Positions 62,987 through 64,000 of a DNA stretch of 64,000 nt are shown piece by piece. The translations under genes and the position numbers were made by a program. The notes under the pieces are model-generated. The model had not been told where the DNA came from. It worked only from the letters and a program-made list of their open reading frames with translations, and did no database searches. The stretch is from Leidyana gryllorum EB-2025a (taxonomy: Eukaryota > Protista > Apicomplexa), in contig JBLWGC010000185.1 of the NCBI GenBank assembly GCA_048772705.1, positions 1-64,000 of the forward strand, written 5' to 3'. Every line of letters starts with the position of its first letter. The first letter of the stretch is position 1.

Positions 62987-64000
62987 ATGAGTAGCGGTCA
63001 ATTGAAGGTGGGCACTGTCCTCGCCAGTACCCTATCAGGTGGCATTGGATGGCGTGGAAAGCTCCCTTGGCGTATATCTGAGGTGAATGGTGTCTACCAC
63101 ACACGTGTGGCAACCAGGTGTTTGTGTAGGACCTCAAGCACTTTGAGCATATAACTACAGCAAAGGGCTGTCGTCGTAATGTGAAAGGCGTCAATGGTGT
63201 ACTGATGGGAAGGAAGACGTGGGAAAGCTTGCCAAAGAAGCCTCTGCCCGGTCGACGAAATGTAGTTGTGTCAAACAGTCTGGAGCCTTCTGTGGACGAC
63301 AAATATAAGGTTGTCAAGTCTATTGAGGAGGGACTGAGTGTTCTGGAACAGGAAGGAATCAAGACTGTGTATATTACTGGTGAGGCTGACGTGACATTAT
63401 CTAGTGTTTGGTGATTCTGCTCTCTTATGCGCAGGTGGCGGGGCTCTGTACGATGTGGCACACTCGGAGGGGTTGGCTGACAGGGTGTACTGGACGCGTG
63501 TATGTGGTTCTAAGATTAAGACGGATGCCAAGATTGACGTGGAGCACCTGCTGGCGAATTACCACGTGATTGCGATCAGCAAGACGCTGGGTGTGAAGGA
63601 CAAGTTGTCATACGACTTTTGTGTGTTGAAGAAGAGCAGCGAGGCTGACAAGAAACAGACCCTTGAAATGTCGTGGACTCCGCTGGAGGATCCATCTCGT
63701 AGCACATCGATGCCGATTATCCATCCACGACAACCTGGAGGGTTACCTCTGTTGCGTCGGTATAAGCATGATGAGTTTCAGTACCTGACGATTATGGAGG
63801 AGATCCTGGACAAGGGACTGTCAATGGACGATCGGACGGGTGTTGGGACAGTGGCCAAGTTTGGAACGATGATGCGATACGATTTGTCTCAGAGCTTTCC
63901 AATGTTGACGACGAAGCGTGTTTACTGGAAGGGTGTGTTGGTTGAGCTGCTTTGGTTTCTGCAGGGTCGGACGGACGCTAAGTATCTGGCGGAGCGGGAC
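62987..64000 (+). CDS. DHFR-TS: Bifunctional dihydrofolate reductase-thymidylate synthase (3'-truncated)
   Basis: GIGWRGKLPWRISE|DLKHF, MGRKTWESLP, PLPGRRNVVVS, ITG|GG, then TS motifs HDEFQYL, DDRTGVGT, FPMLTTKRVYWKG, ELLWF. Confidence 0.96.

Noticed and set aside
60540-62997. Identical 12-mer GATGAGTAGCGG at the ABHD C-terminus and the DHFR start, flanking NSUN2 like a target-site duplication
   Set aside because: Both copies lie in coding sequence of housekeeping genes, no mobile-element features are present, and chance is a sufficient explanation.

Overview
Eukaryotic, very gene-dense window (about 54% GC, estimated by eye) with short GT-AG introns, mostly 41-52 nt. The bifunctional DHFR-TS (GKLPWRISEDLKHF, ISKT...SYDF) and the E. 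coli/Plasmodium-type PurB point to an alveolate, probably a gregarine/Cryptosporidium-related apicomplexan. This taxonomic call is inference. Manual splicing of the ORF track gives about 24 genes. The first is a giant (>7,000 aa, truncated at the window edge) minus-strand protein ending in an 11-kb array of 63/72-bp repeats. The others include Rpp20, adenylosuccinate lyase, a ~2,300-aa cellular RNA-dependent RNA polymerase with a large internal insertion, Spb1, class II fumarase, an RNF212/Zip3-like RING protein, a coiled-coil protein and eIF3e. Further right lie an 823-aa tryptophan-rich protein resembling the plant starch-granule proteins ESV1/LESV, proteasome beta-2, two tandem secreted paralogues, ArfGAP, cyclin H, an eIF3h-like protein, Dim1, an ABHD17-like hydrolase, NSUN2 and DHFR-TS. 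The best leads are the ESV1/LESV-like protein (candidate amylopectin-granule organiser), the inserted RdRP, operon-like gene packing (stop/start overlaps, 15-30 nt gaps, a T-tract before ATGs), a possibly dual-targeted class II fumarase and the giant repeat protein. All family calls come from motif recognition, not database searches.
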